Source: Klebsormidium nitens
Taxonomy: Eukaryota; Plantae; Klebsormidiophyceae
Direction of reading: 5' to 3'
Assembly (NCBI GenBank): GCA_000708835.1
Contig: DF236982.1
Span: 257,515 to 321,514 of the forward strand
DNA length: 64,000 nucleotides
The translations under genes and the position numbers were made by a program. Shown here piece after piece: positions 12,211 through 25,400 of the stretch. How positions within the stretch are numbered: position 1 is the stretch's first letter; each line of letters begins with the position of its first letter. Under the pieces are notes generated by a model. That model worked only from the letters and a program-made list of their open reading frames with translations, had not been told where the DNA came from and ran no database searches.

Positions 12211-13722
12211 GCGCGGCGGTCCTCCCCGTCGACACAAAGTGCCCCGCCGACCAGAACGGCATCCCGTCCAACGCGTGCTTCAGCGCCAACGGCCTAACCC
12301 ACGTTTGCTGCATTGACCCGGACTCGTGCGGGCCGAACGACGCCTCTGGTGGCGCCACGTGTGCGCACCAGCAGTACCTCACGTTCAGCAAGGAGACGTT
12401 CCAACTCGTCGGCCCCATGGTGGTCTGCCCCGTCTGCCAGGGCGCCCCGTCGAACCCGTGCTACAGGCGAGCCCCCTCAACTCCTTTCGACGCGTCTCTT
12501 TAGGGGGGCGCTCCCGACGTCAGCGGACTTTTCATTGACGTCATGTGACGGCCATTGTAGGTGCATGAACACCATTGCTGCGCAATCCGCCGGCTCGAAA
12601 CCGGCGCTTTGACGTGTGCGATCGACACCCGACTCTGGCTGGAATACTTTGCCGTTAATCAAAGTGGACTGTCCGATGTTAACGGTTACAGAAGGCCCAC
12701 TTGCACTAAGGTCCTTCCGGAACTGCTCCATTCTCGTTTTCCAAGGACGTCATGAGCTTCCGATTGTGACGTCTCGCTAGCCAAGAATGCGTCTTCTGAC
12801 TCACCCACCTTGCAAGCGAGCGTGGAGTGCTTTATAAAATAGACAAATCTCGAAGGTTGGGGCAACTCCGCTAAACTTCGTTAAGTGACTCTTCATACTT
12901 CGAAGTTCTCGAGGGTCGTGGGCTTCGCCCGTAAGCACAGGAACCTTTCGCCCTTAACCAGAATCGGTTAGGGCATCAATCCAGACCTTCACCACACAGG
13001 AACCTTTCGCCCTTAACCAGAATCGGTTAGGGCATCAAACCAGACCTTCACCACATTTTCTTGGTGGAACTAAGGCAACTTATCATCCCAAAACCAAGCG
13101 TGGTTAACGGTGCTTTCTTTCTATCAAGGCTAACTCCGAGGGATGTAACAGATATTCCGGCACGCCCTTTGCAAGGGCACATCAAAGCAGGGGGCTTTGC
13201 AGGTCAAAGTTCGAACCATTTCACGCTTCCCCCACTCTCGAGGGACTCGGAAAGCGAATGCAGAGTTTCGGCCGTCCTTTTGCTTTGAACTCGGTATATT
13301 GGACCGCTGAACTTCTGCGATCGGCTCACAGTCCTGGGACTAAGACGCGTTAACCTTTGCAGTCGCCCAGACGCGTTGACTCAACCCGAGTCCTGGTCTA
13401 CGCGTTTGGTCTCCGTTCTGAATCCTGAAGCGGGCGTCGTAAGCCAGATCAGCTCGACAAACGCCCGCTTAGTGAGTTGGGGTCTTTCTTTGACGGACCA
13501 GACTCCAAGTTCGACCACCAAGTAGACACGCGTCACCAATTTGTTGGTAGAAACCCGGCTGACGTCATTCATAAACTCGGCTGCAGCTCATACGGCGACA
13601 CCAAGGTCTGCTGCCAGAACCCGAGCAGCTGTGACCCCGCGACCGGCCCAGCCATGTGCACTGGCGGCGAGTACGTCACCTTCACGGGGACCTTCGAGAG
13701 CCCGGTCCCCATCGGCTGCTAA
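12211..13722 (+). CDS. Small cysteine-rich protein with two internal 7-Cys repeats; first exon unresolved
   Basis: Exon 12211-12466 (GC donor gcgagc) and exon 13587-13722 join in phase 2. The repeats align as PSNACFSANGLTHVCCIDPDSCGP and PSNPCYSSYGDTKVCCQNPSSCDP, each followed by C-x4-Y-x-T-F. Codon usage is strongly GC3. Confidence 0.75.
12936..13054. repeat. 59-bp tandem duplication, each unit carrying a stem-loop
   Basis: cacaggaacctttcgcccttaaccagaatcggttagggcatcaa(t/a)ccagaccttcacca occurs at 12936 and 12995. Each unit has the internal inverted repeat gccct(t)aacc / ggttagggc. Confidence 0.9.
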
Positions 13723-15287
13723 ACGACGCGGTCCGTGTCCGTGTTTCCCGGGTCTCAATAAGCGGCCCCCTCAGTCTATATAAGCACTCCCCCTTCAATA
13801 GGTCTGCGAGCTCTCGCCATGTGCGGTAGTTAGTTTCGTAACTTATGAGGAGCGACAACCAACTGTGCTGTCACGTACATCTTACGAGTGGTGTCGACAC
13901 GCGTTGTAATTTGTGGTCGAATAAAATGCCTGCGCGGTCACTTCGCGCCATCATCACGTGCCAAGAAAATTTGGCCGATACCACAAACGATTCAAGGTAC
14001 TCCAGTACTTAGCCTCCAGTATAATTTATTGCGTCACCCAAACACTATCTAGAGGGGCATTGGAGTAGTGGCGTTCTAAGTTATTTGAAGGCTCATAGAA
14101 AGACAGATTGGTGTGTGCTCAACAGCAATTCAATAGTGATTGAGCTGATGGGTTTTGATGATTAAGTTAGTGTACATAATCGATCTCATCGCGTTCGACA
14201 TAGTCTTTCGAGTTCCATTTCCAAATTCATATGCCAACAAGGTTGAGCAAGGCCTGTAGGGCTGTAGGTCAGATCTATAGTTTTGCGGCGCGTCTCGACA
14301 TGTCAATGGACACCGAGTCCTTGATAAAGCGATTGATTAGTCACATGGGAATTGCGCCGCGGCAAGTCGAGGCCTCAGTGCATAATCTCGGTGCCAGCAT
14401 GTGTCTCAGGCTCTGCCATCCACAGTGACCTATAGTGCAGCGAGAGCAGCTCCTGCCACACCCGTATGGCGGGCGGCACATGTGACCGTTGATCGAATCA
14501 GTCGATAGCATGCGGTATCGAATTGCAATATGATTGAATGAATGTATATATAATTAAGCAAGCTGTTGCAAATTCGCGGAACATATGCTCGTCTCCACCT
14601 TGTCACCTTGCCGCATGTGTAAACCTATTTCGTGACCATTCGAAGTTATGGCGGAGTCATGCAGTATATATGACGCAGCGCCTCAGGCGGCCTTCCGATT
14701 CAAAGTGCCATGAGCATTAGATGCGGTGATGATGGCCGGCCGCGCGTCCATGCAAATGCCGATACATGTTCGCATCGACTCAGACCGATTGACCACACGT
14801 CGGACCACGTCCGATCACCTCTTACTTCTTTTGAACAGATCTTATGCAGAATCTCAGTGACGGCATGTAACAAAGACATGATGCGGCAATCATAACGTCA
14901 AACCCTAAGACAGGGCGGTATGCTGCAGTGCAACGTAACCAAAATTTAATGTCAATTTGAAAGCATATACCTCACACCTTACTTCAAGTCAGCTCGCGCG
15001 CTTCAACGAGATTTTCCATCACCTGCCTGTTCCGGTTGCCTCCATCGAACTCACCTTCCGGTAGACCGTAGTGGTCCTATTACGCTTAACTACGAACGCG
15101 CTACAGTGACTATCCAAGACCGTCTGATGCACAGAAACTAGCCTGTCCTTTTCAACCCTGTTACCAAATATACGACATATATACAGCCTCCCAAAAACGG
15201 CTCCATTTTAAACCAACGCCCAGAGAGTCCGGTCCTGCTCTCCGTCAATGCCCCGCGTCGAATTAAGTAGGAACGGCTAGTCGATCG

Positions 15288-18200
15288 TTACCACTGTGCT
15301 ACATGCGGTCTGCTTTTCGAGCTGATGTTTCTCTGACGTCCGAAGTTTTCCCACTCATCCGGGATTGTTTCGTCATTACCGCCTGCCTTGGCCCCCGAGG
15401 CTGGGGCCACAGGAGCGGCAGAAGGGGCCGCCTTCACACCAACCGCTCCGTAAACAGATCCAGGTTGGGGAGTGGCGGTGTAAAACGGCTCCCAGCCTTC
15501 CTGGCTTAAACCAATACCTGACGGTCCTGTCTTTATAGTACTACTGTTCGAAAAAGCTGTGGGCGGTGCTGTAGAAGATCGTGTTAACCCCGGGTTAACG
15601 GCTTGGGTTGAGATCGGGTCACCCGTTGAGAACGTCTCCCAAGCCGGCTCTTTCCTGGGCGGGGGCTGTGTCTGTGACCGCAAAAGCGCCCCGTTCTGAG
15701 AGGACAGGGGTTTGGGTTCCAAAAAGGGGTTTAATACCTGCGGGGCTACGGGGGCTGTCACCACTCTCTGTTGGCTTCCATTTGCTAGGGAAGAAAATTG
15801 GTTGATCTCTGTGCTGTTGGTGGGTTCCTGCGCATTCCAGGTCTGATCCCCGTGGTTCGGAGCAAACGGGTTTGGCAAACCTTCATAAATAGGAGCGTTT
15901 AATTGCTGCAGGCTAGAGGTGTTCTCGATCGGGGTTTCTAAAAACGGGTTAACGGACTTGCTCCTACCGAGCGTCTCCCGAGTGGCCGCCCCGGGGACTG
16001 ACATTTGCCCAGGGCTTGCGCCGAACGCTGCTAGGAACGGGTCGGGGTATTGTGCTCGGAAGGGGTTGCCAACAGGTGAGACGGGCTGGGAGCTGAATCC
16101 CGAATTCGGTGGGCCCCCAGAAAGCGGATCTGCGACCGTGTTGTGCGCCGAGCTGACGCCAACGGACCCCAGATCTGAAGGCAGGGGTTCTGCCCCCCCG
16201 TTCGGATGGCCCGAAATGGGAACAGCCGCACTGAGCACGGGTCTTATTGGCGGACTACCCAAATCTTTCGTCCCGGGGGGCAAAGCAGACCGGGTCTCCG
16301 CTCCTCCGGGGGGACAAACGTCCGACCACTCGTTGCCGAGCGCCCACGTCCCGGGGCCGAATTCAGCGTCCAGCAACCCCCCCGGAGCGACGGCGTTTGC
16401 GCCCCGGGGGCTGATCTCGACCACGATGGGGGGGGCGCAGCCATCAGTTTCTGCGTTCAAAAGATCAGGCGGCGAGGCAACGTCCGAGCTGCGGCGGCTG
16501 ACGTCAGAGGTGACGTCAGAGGAGGCGCGGCGGCTGCCCTCGGAGCTGGCGCGCGGGGTGGCGCCGGCGACCTTGACGAACTGCTCGAAGCCTTCGAAGA
16601 CCCCCTTTTTGGGGCTGGTGGGCGGGGGGGGGAGGGAGGACGCGCGGCGAGAAGCGGAGGGGGAGAGCTGCAGGAGGGGGAGTTGCACAACCTTTTCAAA
16701 TTAGGTACATTTTAAGTCGCTTTGATGCCGTTGTATCGCTTCCCAGTGAACCGTGTTGTCCGCTCGAAGTCGAAAAGAAAGAAAAAGAAAACAGCTGGGG
16801 TTGAGATACTGTTGTGCGCCAATCAGGCTGTAACCCTGCATTTTCATGGGCGCTTCTTCCCAGTCCCCAAAGGCAAGCTGCCTCCAACAGGTCCGCTTCG
16901 GACCTTCAAATGACAGTCACACCCTGACTTAGAAACAATCGAGGGCTATCGAGATCTGGTTTTTGGCTACCTGCTCAAAGGTACGTGGTGCAAGGGAAGA
17001 CCGAAGCTCGAAGCTGTTCGTGCCCTGCTGGTGCAAAACCTAGGGGAGGGTTATCCATCAAGAGCAGGGCCTCTTTGTTCAAAACATCGACCCCAAATGA
17101 GCCAGCCACTCCCCACAAATAACGGCAAGATGGCAGGGACAGTTTCACGAGGGCTGGAACGGAGCTTAGGCAAATCGATACGTGTGGAACCGGCCCACTC
17201 GCACTACTTTCGGACTGCACTTGAAGAATCAACACTGCTCAAATCTGCTGACCTCTGCAAAGGCGTCCGTCAGGAACGGGTTGAACCCCGAGCTGACACG
17301 TGGCAGCAGCCGGATGCCCCCGTCCCCCTCCCCTTTCACGCTCGCACTCCCCAGAGACGATTGCCGCGAGTACGCTCCGGTTTTCGCGGAGCTTTGCCGC
17401 GATAGGTTTGGCGTCCCGCTTGGACTCAACCGACTTGAAAATTTGAAAGCCGAGCCGTCGTCGCTACTTCTGGCAGAACCCTTAAACCCCTCTTCAGTAG
17501 CCCACGCCCCCCCCTGCTCCTCCCCGCCCTCGGCCCCCCGGAAAATGGAAATGTGCTTCGGGAGCTTCGGGCTCGACGCCTTGGAGTTCCCCGCGGAGGG
17601 GGGCTTGGACGAACCCTGGGAGCCCCCCCCGGAACTCCTCTGCCGGCCGTAGGCGGGACTGGAGGGATCCCCCGAGCGCGCGAGCTCCTTCTTCAGCGCC
17701 GCGGCCAGGGCCTCCTTGCTGACGTCACCCTCGCTGACGTCATCCTTCGTAGCATTTTGGCGGGGGGGCGCTCCCAGGGCGCTGTCGACCCCCACGTAGG
17801 GAGTGGGTGAGATGGTCCACTTCGGGGGAGCCACGCTCTTGGCGGGGGGTACGGAGGACTCGTGCTTCGGCTCTTGTGAGAAGCCCCCGAATGTGGACGC
17901 AGTGCTTCGGGAGGTGGCGGAGTCGGGGCTTGAGGGAACGGTCGACCCACCGGCAGCCGAACGGTGGGAAGGGGACAGCGTGGGGGGTCCTGGAGAAAGG
18001 GCGTCAATAAGCGTTAGCTTTCTTCAGGGGATCCTGCTCGGTGTTTTGAAGGAGAGTTCAGAATGTCGGTAGGGTGGAACTCGTGTGCTGCAATAGTTCC
18101 TATGCCCTCTTGAAGCCCAGTCAAACCGTCGAGTGTCAGCTTCAGCCTTCACCAGCTCTCTGAGTGTCGTACCCTTCTGGCATCCGGAATCCTTATGTTG

Positions 18201-19820
18201 ACCACTTTGTCGCGGGACTGCACTTCGCAGAGTGTCCACGGATGAGAACAATTGCGCAAGATCACGTGCAACAATTGGGATGGGAACGGATCCCAGAGTG
18301 GTCAGATTTGTCTCTTCTCCTCATATGAGTGAGGCCGTCTCGGTGGCAAAAGTTCTGTCAACAAGTCCGACTTCGGGAAATGGTGACCTGTGTAAACACT
18401 TCCCTCAACGCAGAGGACAAGAATCTTCATTCTGCTTTGGGCGCTAAGTGTTGGGTCAGTGTGTGGAATGACATTGTCTGAGTCCAGGGTGCGTTCTTGC
18501 CAGCGGAGTGATCCCCGTTCTGTGCTGGTGTGAACGGCGAGCTGGGCCCGTTCACACGGCCCGGCGACCGTGGGCTGCTGGGCAGCGAGTGTCCGGACGC
18601 CATACGCGCGAGCGCCTCCTTTCGGACGGCCGCCACGACCCCCAGGCGGGATGCGAGAGAGGCAATTTTAGCAGCCTCTTTCGTCTGCATAGGGAAGAAC
18701 GTTCGTTGAAGATTCTAAATATTTGGCGTGTGCGCAAGATCCAGATTGCAGTATTATGCGAAAGAAAAGAACGCGCTGTCGGTCTTTCTGTGTATGATCA
18801 TGGGCGACGTCGTTTCGGTTGGGGACAGGAAGACGGTCTTGGCTGTCTGATTCTTTTGCAAAGGGAGCAACAGCTCGTGACCTCAAGGGACAAGGGCGAT
18901 CAATGTGGCTGCATTTGTCCGTCAGCTAAGGCAACAATGTTGGACGACTCAGAGATCGAGCAGGACAGATTACGCAGTCCTTGTTTGTCTGAAAAGAAGA
19001 CTTGCTAAGCCGAGCAGGAAGGAGATGTCTTCATCGAGTTCTTTCTTGTGAGGGAAAAATGCCAAAGCAAGCAGGAAGGAGCTATCTCTATCGCGCTCCT
19101 ATTCTGAGCTGCATTTACAGTGCAGCCCACAAAGCTTCGTGTGCTGAAGTCAGCGGTGCTCCTTTTACACAATCCTAGCAGCTCATCTTTGAGATGGCTC
19201 ACCTTGAAGCGAAAGAGGCCCCCACCGGAACCCAGGCTTGTGGGGGCGATCTGCAACACGAGCTGCTTGCCGTCGTTGTCTGCCTGACAGCTGTCCACGT
19301 TCTCATACCGAAAGTGCATGCCGTCCTCCGGCTTTTGGCGCCGCCTGCCATGGATGCAAACCGACGGTTTGGCTCTTGGGGGTAAAAGGTGTGGTGTGAT
19401 ATGGATATGGGCAGGAAAGTTTGGAACATTTCAGGGTTAGCCGTACTGTCTGACCTGCAATGCCACCTCCAAGCCCCCACTGAATACACGTCCTTATCTC
19501 CCTTTGCAAGGATCAATTGGAATTCGCCGTGTTGTGAATGAGTTGGTTCAACGAGACTTTGCAATTCCTGAAGCGTCTGCCAATGCTAAGCCCCATACCT
19601 CTTCCCTACACGAGAACCCAGCCACCCCTTGGGCGGCAGCTTGCTGCACACAGTTGGCTAAGTCCCCCTATAGGTGCTGACGGTGTCAAGTCAAAGGGAC
19701 TCACTTGCGAATGGTGAAGCCCTCATCGGTCACTTCGATCTTGTAGGTCTTTCCGATCTTGACGTCGACCCGCAGGGTGCACTCCAGAAGCGTCGTGGCA
19801 AACTTCTCCAGGACCTTCTT
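15288..19820 (-). CDS. Putative endocytic adaptor: N-terminal PH/PTB-like domain plus a long disordered tail with NPF, DPF and WxxF motifs (5' end unresolved)
   Basis: Phase-consistent exons: 19820-19705, 19344-19203, 18684-18501 (GC donor), 17989-17253, 16691-15288. The beta-rich N-terminus ends GLFRFKTKEAAKIASLA. The tail has five NPF, one DPF and WETF/WEPF/WENF. Confidence 0.8.
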
Positions 19821-22493
19821 CTGGAGAAGAACGGCGCACCATCGATTGTAAGCAAAGGCTTCATCAAGAGTGGCTCTTCGAAAGAAAAGTTATCATCGAT
19901 GTATCGCACCTTGTCTCATGAGGGGCAAAAGAACATTAGAGTGGCTACAAGTTGCCAAAGGGAGAGCGAAGGGCTACAGGTTCAACGCTAAGGGGGAGCC
20001 TCAAAGAAAGCGAACCTTGTTGATCCATCGGGCGCAAAGCAAGGTACCAGGATGCAGAGTGGGCCCCAGACACCCCACTGATTCAGACAGGCACTTATCG
20101 GTTCAAACTAAAGCTTTATGACGTGTCGCTGCCGCAGATTTTGACAACGGGTCTCAAAGCGGCATTGCGCGTGTCACAATGCACGAGTATAGTGCAAGGC
20201 AAGATGGTTCCAACAGAAACTTCCTTCAGCCAGCCTATGTGATGCATTTTCTCACTATTTGTGGAACTATCTGATGCTCTGAGCTTACACTGTCCTTCAG
20301 TCCGAATTTTTGAAAAGAAGCCGTTTATCTTGCTGCGACCAAGTCTGTCCTTGGATCACGACCAATCTGCACAATTCAATCTGCAAAAAGTGCCTTATTG
20401 GCTGGCGGCCCTTCCTCACCTTCTTTGGAGACTCCATCTAGATCCCTGTGGAGTATTGTCCTTCCTTTCAAGTTGCCCAGTCACCAAAGAAACTTGAGGC
20501 CCATGCGACTCTTTCAGAAGGCTGGCCAAAAGCGCTACAAAAACAGTTGCGGAGCCACAGCAATTGTAGGTTGATAAGCTCAACAGCATTAGGTCATGAT
20601 CGAAAGACTAGTCCGGCAGCTTACGCGCAGACCCTACAACACACGGGGTGGGCTCCACGTCGTTCAGGCAAACAATGCAAAGCAAGAATTGGTGCAAAAG
20701 GCTAGGACTGCCTTCACATCGCAGAGGAAGGCGCTGCCTCAAAGTGACAGATCTCTGCCTTCCTTTCATTACGACAAAATCTTCTACCTGCGATGACAAT
20801 CAGGGTCGCACAGGCAAGGAAACCTTTCTGTCCTTGTACAGTGTGCGTCTATCCTAGCGGCAGAAGTTGAAGGGATTGTCTCTTTGGCGCCCGCCATTTT
20901 GAAAGAGTCCATTGCGTCTCATATGGCTAATCGCCTCCTGCACGCGCAGATCACGTGGGATTGAGGAGGTTGAGGTGCGCTGAAATTTACTGTACCGAAC
21001 ATTTCGGACCTACCGAGTCTACCCAGGGAAGTTTAAGGTGACCGGCAAGTCAATTTTTTGTGCAGCTGAGCACGCCCAGGAAGCGGTCGGAAGTCGGTAA
21101 CCGGGGGCCGATTTGGGAATGCCAACCAGAGCGCGGTCCAACCGTCCGCCAGGCAACACGGAATCAACTCGATTCAGGGGGTCAACGGCGTTTCGACGCT
21201 CGTTGGACAACCGTCAGGGAAATCATTGGATGACGCCACATGCAGCAGAAGAGCAGAAGTTGCCCATACCTATGCAACTGTAGGATCAAGCGATCACGCA
21301 GATCGTTGCTGGCCTAAACACGACGAGTGCACAAGAACTTGCCTGTTTGCAGCTGGCCTGTAATCCGCCTGCTGTGGGCGCCTGTGATGCTAGAGTAACC
21401 CTATTCTGATCAGTGCTGCATCATGATAAAGCTCTTCTAAAGCATAGCGGCCGAGATATAATGACCACACAGTTCGAAGCTTACTCTCTGGATGACTGGA
21501 CGTTCCAGTCCCGTTCCAGTGATATCCCGGCAGCACTATCGAAAACCACCTTTGCCAAGAAAAGTTTGAACGATATATCGATCTAGCCTTATACCGGATT
21601 GAGTAGGTACCTGTCGATAGCCTGTGCGCTTGATCAGATCGATGCATCAAATCAGCATCCTTCTGCTTGAAGTGAAGAAAATAATCAGATGTTTCACATG
21701 ATTGGAAGGGGATTGGAATGCATATGTCGAGTTGCTTCTGTTCAGTAGGGCAAAACCAGTGTGGTTGCAAGCGGCAGCTCATCGATGCGACGACAAACGT
21801 TAAAAATGTGTTCGAGAAGAGCTCAGGTGGATCCGACGTCGAAGTAACCAGATACTCATGTTCTGGCCATTCCGACCGTTTGCTATCGATCGAGACCAGT
21901 GACTCATTAGCACATTTGACGTCCCATCAGATAGTTCCACCAAGACATTAAGGGGAAGCGCAATGCAGCAGAATTATTGGTTATTGGTCGCACAATGCTC
22001 AAAACGTGACAATTTACATGCTTCGATGTTACTTTCGCCTTTTAATTAGGATTGTTTCTTGTGGCATCTACGAAATACGCCAGGGCCACCTGCTTCTGCT
22101 GGGCGCTTTTCCACACTGTCTTGTTACCGTCACCAAGTGATCCCGGAACTATAGACACGTCCATGACTTCTAACTTCAGTAAGGCTGGGCTGGTGGACTC
22201 GCCAGCCTGTAGAACCACCGAATCTACTCCGCTGCACGTCCTTTTCTAGGTCCTTCCATCTGCAATATCAGTGCTCCATCTATCTACAATTAGCCAGCCG
22301 GTCTGATCGATATCAGGTCATTGGCCTCTTCTCGGGGCGTCGGTAATCAGATGCAGGACGTTTTGATCCAGCCAATTTGGCTCTTCCCGACTCTACAGCG
22401 GCAGCGGACGCGACGCTCACATGATTGCTCGCAGCCCGACTCGCAACCGGGCTGTTTTCAGCCCCGATCAGACTGTACAAAATCCCGTCCCCG

Positions 22494-25400
22494 CTACAAG
22501 GTTCCCACCGGAACTTGCCCCCACGCGAAGGCCATTGTCCTTTCCTCGAAGGCTTGCTGCCTTTCTTCTTGCGGCGCCATGAGGAGAGTTTCTGCAAAAG
22601 AAGCATGTGTTTCCAGGTCGAGTTCAAGCATAGCGGTCCACAATCATTGAAATAAAAGTTTCAGCTGTACACGATGCACACCGGGGGAAGAAATGTTTGA
22701 CAGCCGTCGATAATGCACGCCTCTTGAAGGACGTTCGTTGAAAAGTAGTGGTTAGCCGCATCTCAAAACGGAAGCTTTAATGTTCTCCAATTGATTCTCA
22801 TGTCTGACGGCGAATTTGACCATTTCGTAGGTTCTGCATGTTCGCATGGCTGTTGGTGACCGTCCCTTCTACTACCTATTGCATCCGGTATTCAGAAATG
22901 CGTCGAGATGACATTCCGAAAGTTCCGAGATCATAGACCCTGTTCTGCTAGCCATTAATAGGCAGTGCCTCAGATTACCAAAGATCCACAAAAACTGCTT
23001 CGATCGTTGATAGACAGTGCGCAACGACTTTCTTCTGCTTGCCGCACCTAAGTAATGTGGGCCATCTATGAGCTCACCGAGCTGATGCTTCCCGCACTCA
23101 TTCCTTTCAATGATCTGCCAGGGTTCTCCCCCACGTACAGCGCTCGTACAGCGTTCGAGAGGGCGTCCTGGTTCATTTGTGGCTGCGCCGTTGGCTCTTG
23201 GAGAGCCCTGCGGCGAAACGCATGTCTTAGTCACGCGTATCTTATTCGAAGACGCTGGAGCCCATGAGAGCCTTTCAGAACGCTTAAAATGCTTGCAACA
23301 TAACTTCAGTTCCATTCCTAGGCCGTCCACGCAGTCTGATTGGAGTCAAGACGTAGTCCCCCCCTCTTGCTGGCAGGCTTGTCTTCTGGTTATACGCTTG
23401 TATTTCAGCCTTGTAACTAAAGAGGAATGCATACGGATTTTATCGTACACTGCTCAAACTGCGCGGTCTTGTTTCAGAGTAAGGGTATACGTTCAGGAGC
23501 TCACCGAACGCACAGTTCGAGAAGCTCCTCAATCGAGTTCGCGACACGGAGTCCGTTTGGCGTTCAGGCTGTTCCCAGTGTTTGACAAGTGTCAGCCTCC
23601 CTAGGACCGTGTCGTAGTCGAGAGTCGCTTCGTGACGAGCGACTCGCTTCCCTGGAACGAATTGAATATCCCCTGCCTTTCCGTCATCTTGAGCCGTCTT
23701 TTGCGGTCTCAGAGCTCCTCCAGCCTGCTTTCCGCCCGGCCGCCTGCCTTGCCCGGCCCTCACGCGTCCGTCCTGCCGGCCTCTTACCACCCCCAACGCC
23801 AGACCAGCTTGCCCTGCTTCTTTACCCCCACTGTCCTGCTTCCCATCTTCGTCGCCGCTTCCCCCTTCTACACCGTCCTCGCTTTCGATTTGTTCCTCTC
23901 CTCTTCGGGCACTTTCAAGTCCTGTAGCGTCGAACTTCGAAGCAGAGGATATCCTCCGGCTTCGCTCGCCTCTCGAGAAGCGGTTGAGGATACTGCCGCT
24001 CCCTGTGGGTTCAAGAAGGAAAGCATTAATCAACAGCTTGCTCCGGCGGCAACTCTGAAACCGGGTTAGGAAAGTTATGCTTAAGCAAGCTCGAAGCCAA
24101 AAAAGGGGGCAAAAAGTTCCTGTCTCACAATTTTCAAAAAATGAACGCGGTCAGAATCTTGACAAGAGATTTTTCTGAAAGTTCTCGGCCTGCAATTCTC
24201 GTGACTGTCCGATACAGCACGCAACCGCTCAGCCATTGCATCCCTAGTTTGGAGACCTTCTGTGCCGTTTTCGATCAGGGAGGCATGATTTCATTGTGGA
24301 CCTTGCTCTGAGAGGTCATCGCAGATTCCTGACAGGACGAGGAGGGTCAGGCTGAGGCGTCCCTCTAAAGGAAAAGCCATGTCGATTCTGCTAATGGTTT
24401 CGTACTGAAACGCCGGCGTTCTCAGCGGCCAAATCCTTTTGATAAAAGTCACAGCTTTCTTATTGAACGGCTAGCGCTTTCTTCAAATAGGTTCACGTGA
24501 GAAACAGTGGCGCTGGGGTGCAAGACGATTTACAGCCCGAGGACGAAAAGGAGACCTTTCAAGTTGTCGTTCGCCAAATAGGACTGCAACATCCCGCTTC
24601 TCATGAGCTAGTCGAGCTTTGAACCGCCGTCTTTTAAGCCTCAAAGCAAGAGGAGTGACTAGACCCACCTGTTGGGGCTGCCGACTCGCTATGCTGGCCG
24701 CCGGTGGCGCACTGCACGCGAGTCTCCTTCTCTTGGGTACTTGGAGGCCCGCCTCTTCGAACTGCCGGGACAGCTCCACCTACCCCCAATCCGTCCCCCA
24801 ATCGCGAGCTGCGGCGCAGCGCACGTGCGCAACCGGCTAGATCGGAGCCCCCGGCTAGACTCGGAGGACACGGTTCTACGCCCCTCTCGACGACATTCCG
24901 TTTGCCAGCAGCTTGAGGCTGACCCCCGGCTTGAAAGGGTGTGTCCCTGTCCGTTTGATGCTCCCCCTGAGATGCGCCGGGCGACGGCGCCGGTGCTGTC
25001 ACGTGGCCGTCGCCGGACGAGCCATCAGCTGTTGGAGCTGAAGAGGGCTCTTGTCCGGCCCCACCTCCAGGAGACGCAGGCGTGACTGGGTCTCTTTCAG
25101 GCTTGAGCACAGCGGTCGGAGGTAGAGGGAGCAGTGCAACCATGCTGCCGTGCTTCAGTTTTTGTGGAGTTTTCATGTCCACGAGCACAACCTGCATCAT
25201 GCATTAAAGAGTTGCCACTTGCGATGTAATTGTTTCTTGGTCGTTCATCTGATTCACTGATCGATAACCATTTTCGACAGACAACCAGTGTCGATCTTTC
25301 AATTTCGATAAGCGCCGCCGAGCAGCGAGCTCTGAACCGCTTTGCTACACAGACTCTGCCGGTGATTCTTTTATCTGCTTCCTTGAACGAAGTGCATTGC

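Noticed and set aside
13800-15000. Palindrome-rich (catg/gatc/tgca) intergenic DNA, similar in texture to 39270-40070
   Set aside because: I could not find real sequence similarity between the blocks or defined ends.
19860-22300. First exon of the PH-like gene, or an additional gene
   Set aside because: Candidate ATGs near 20900 could not be linked confidently, and the short ORFs here lack motifs.
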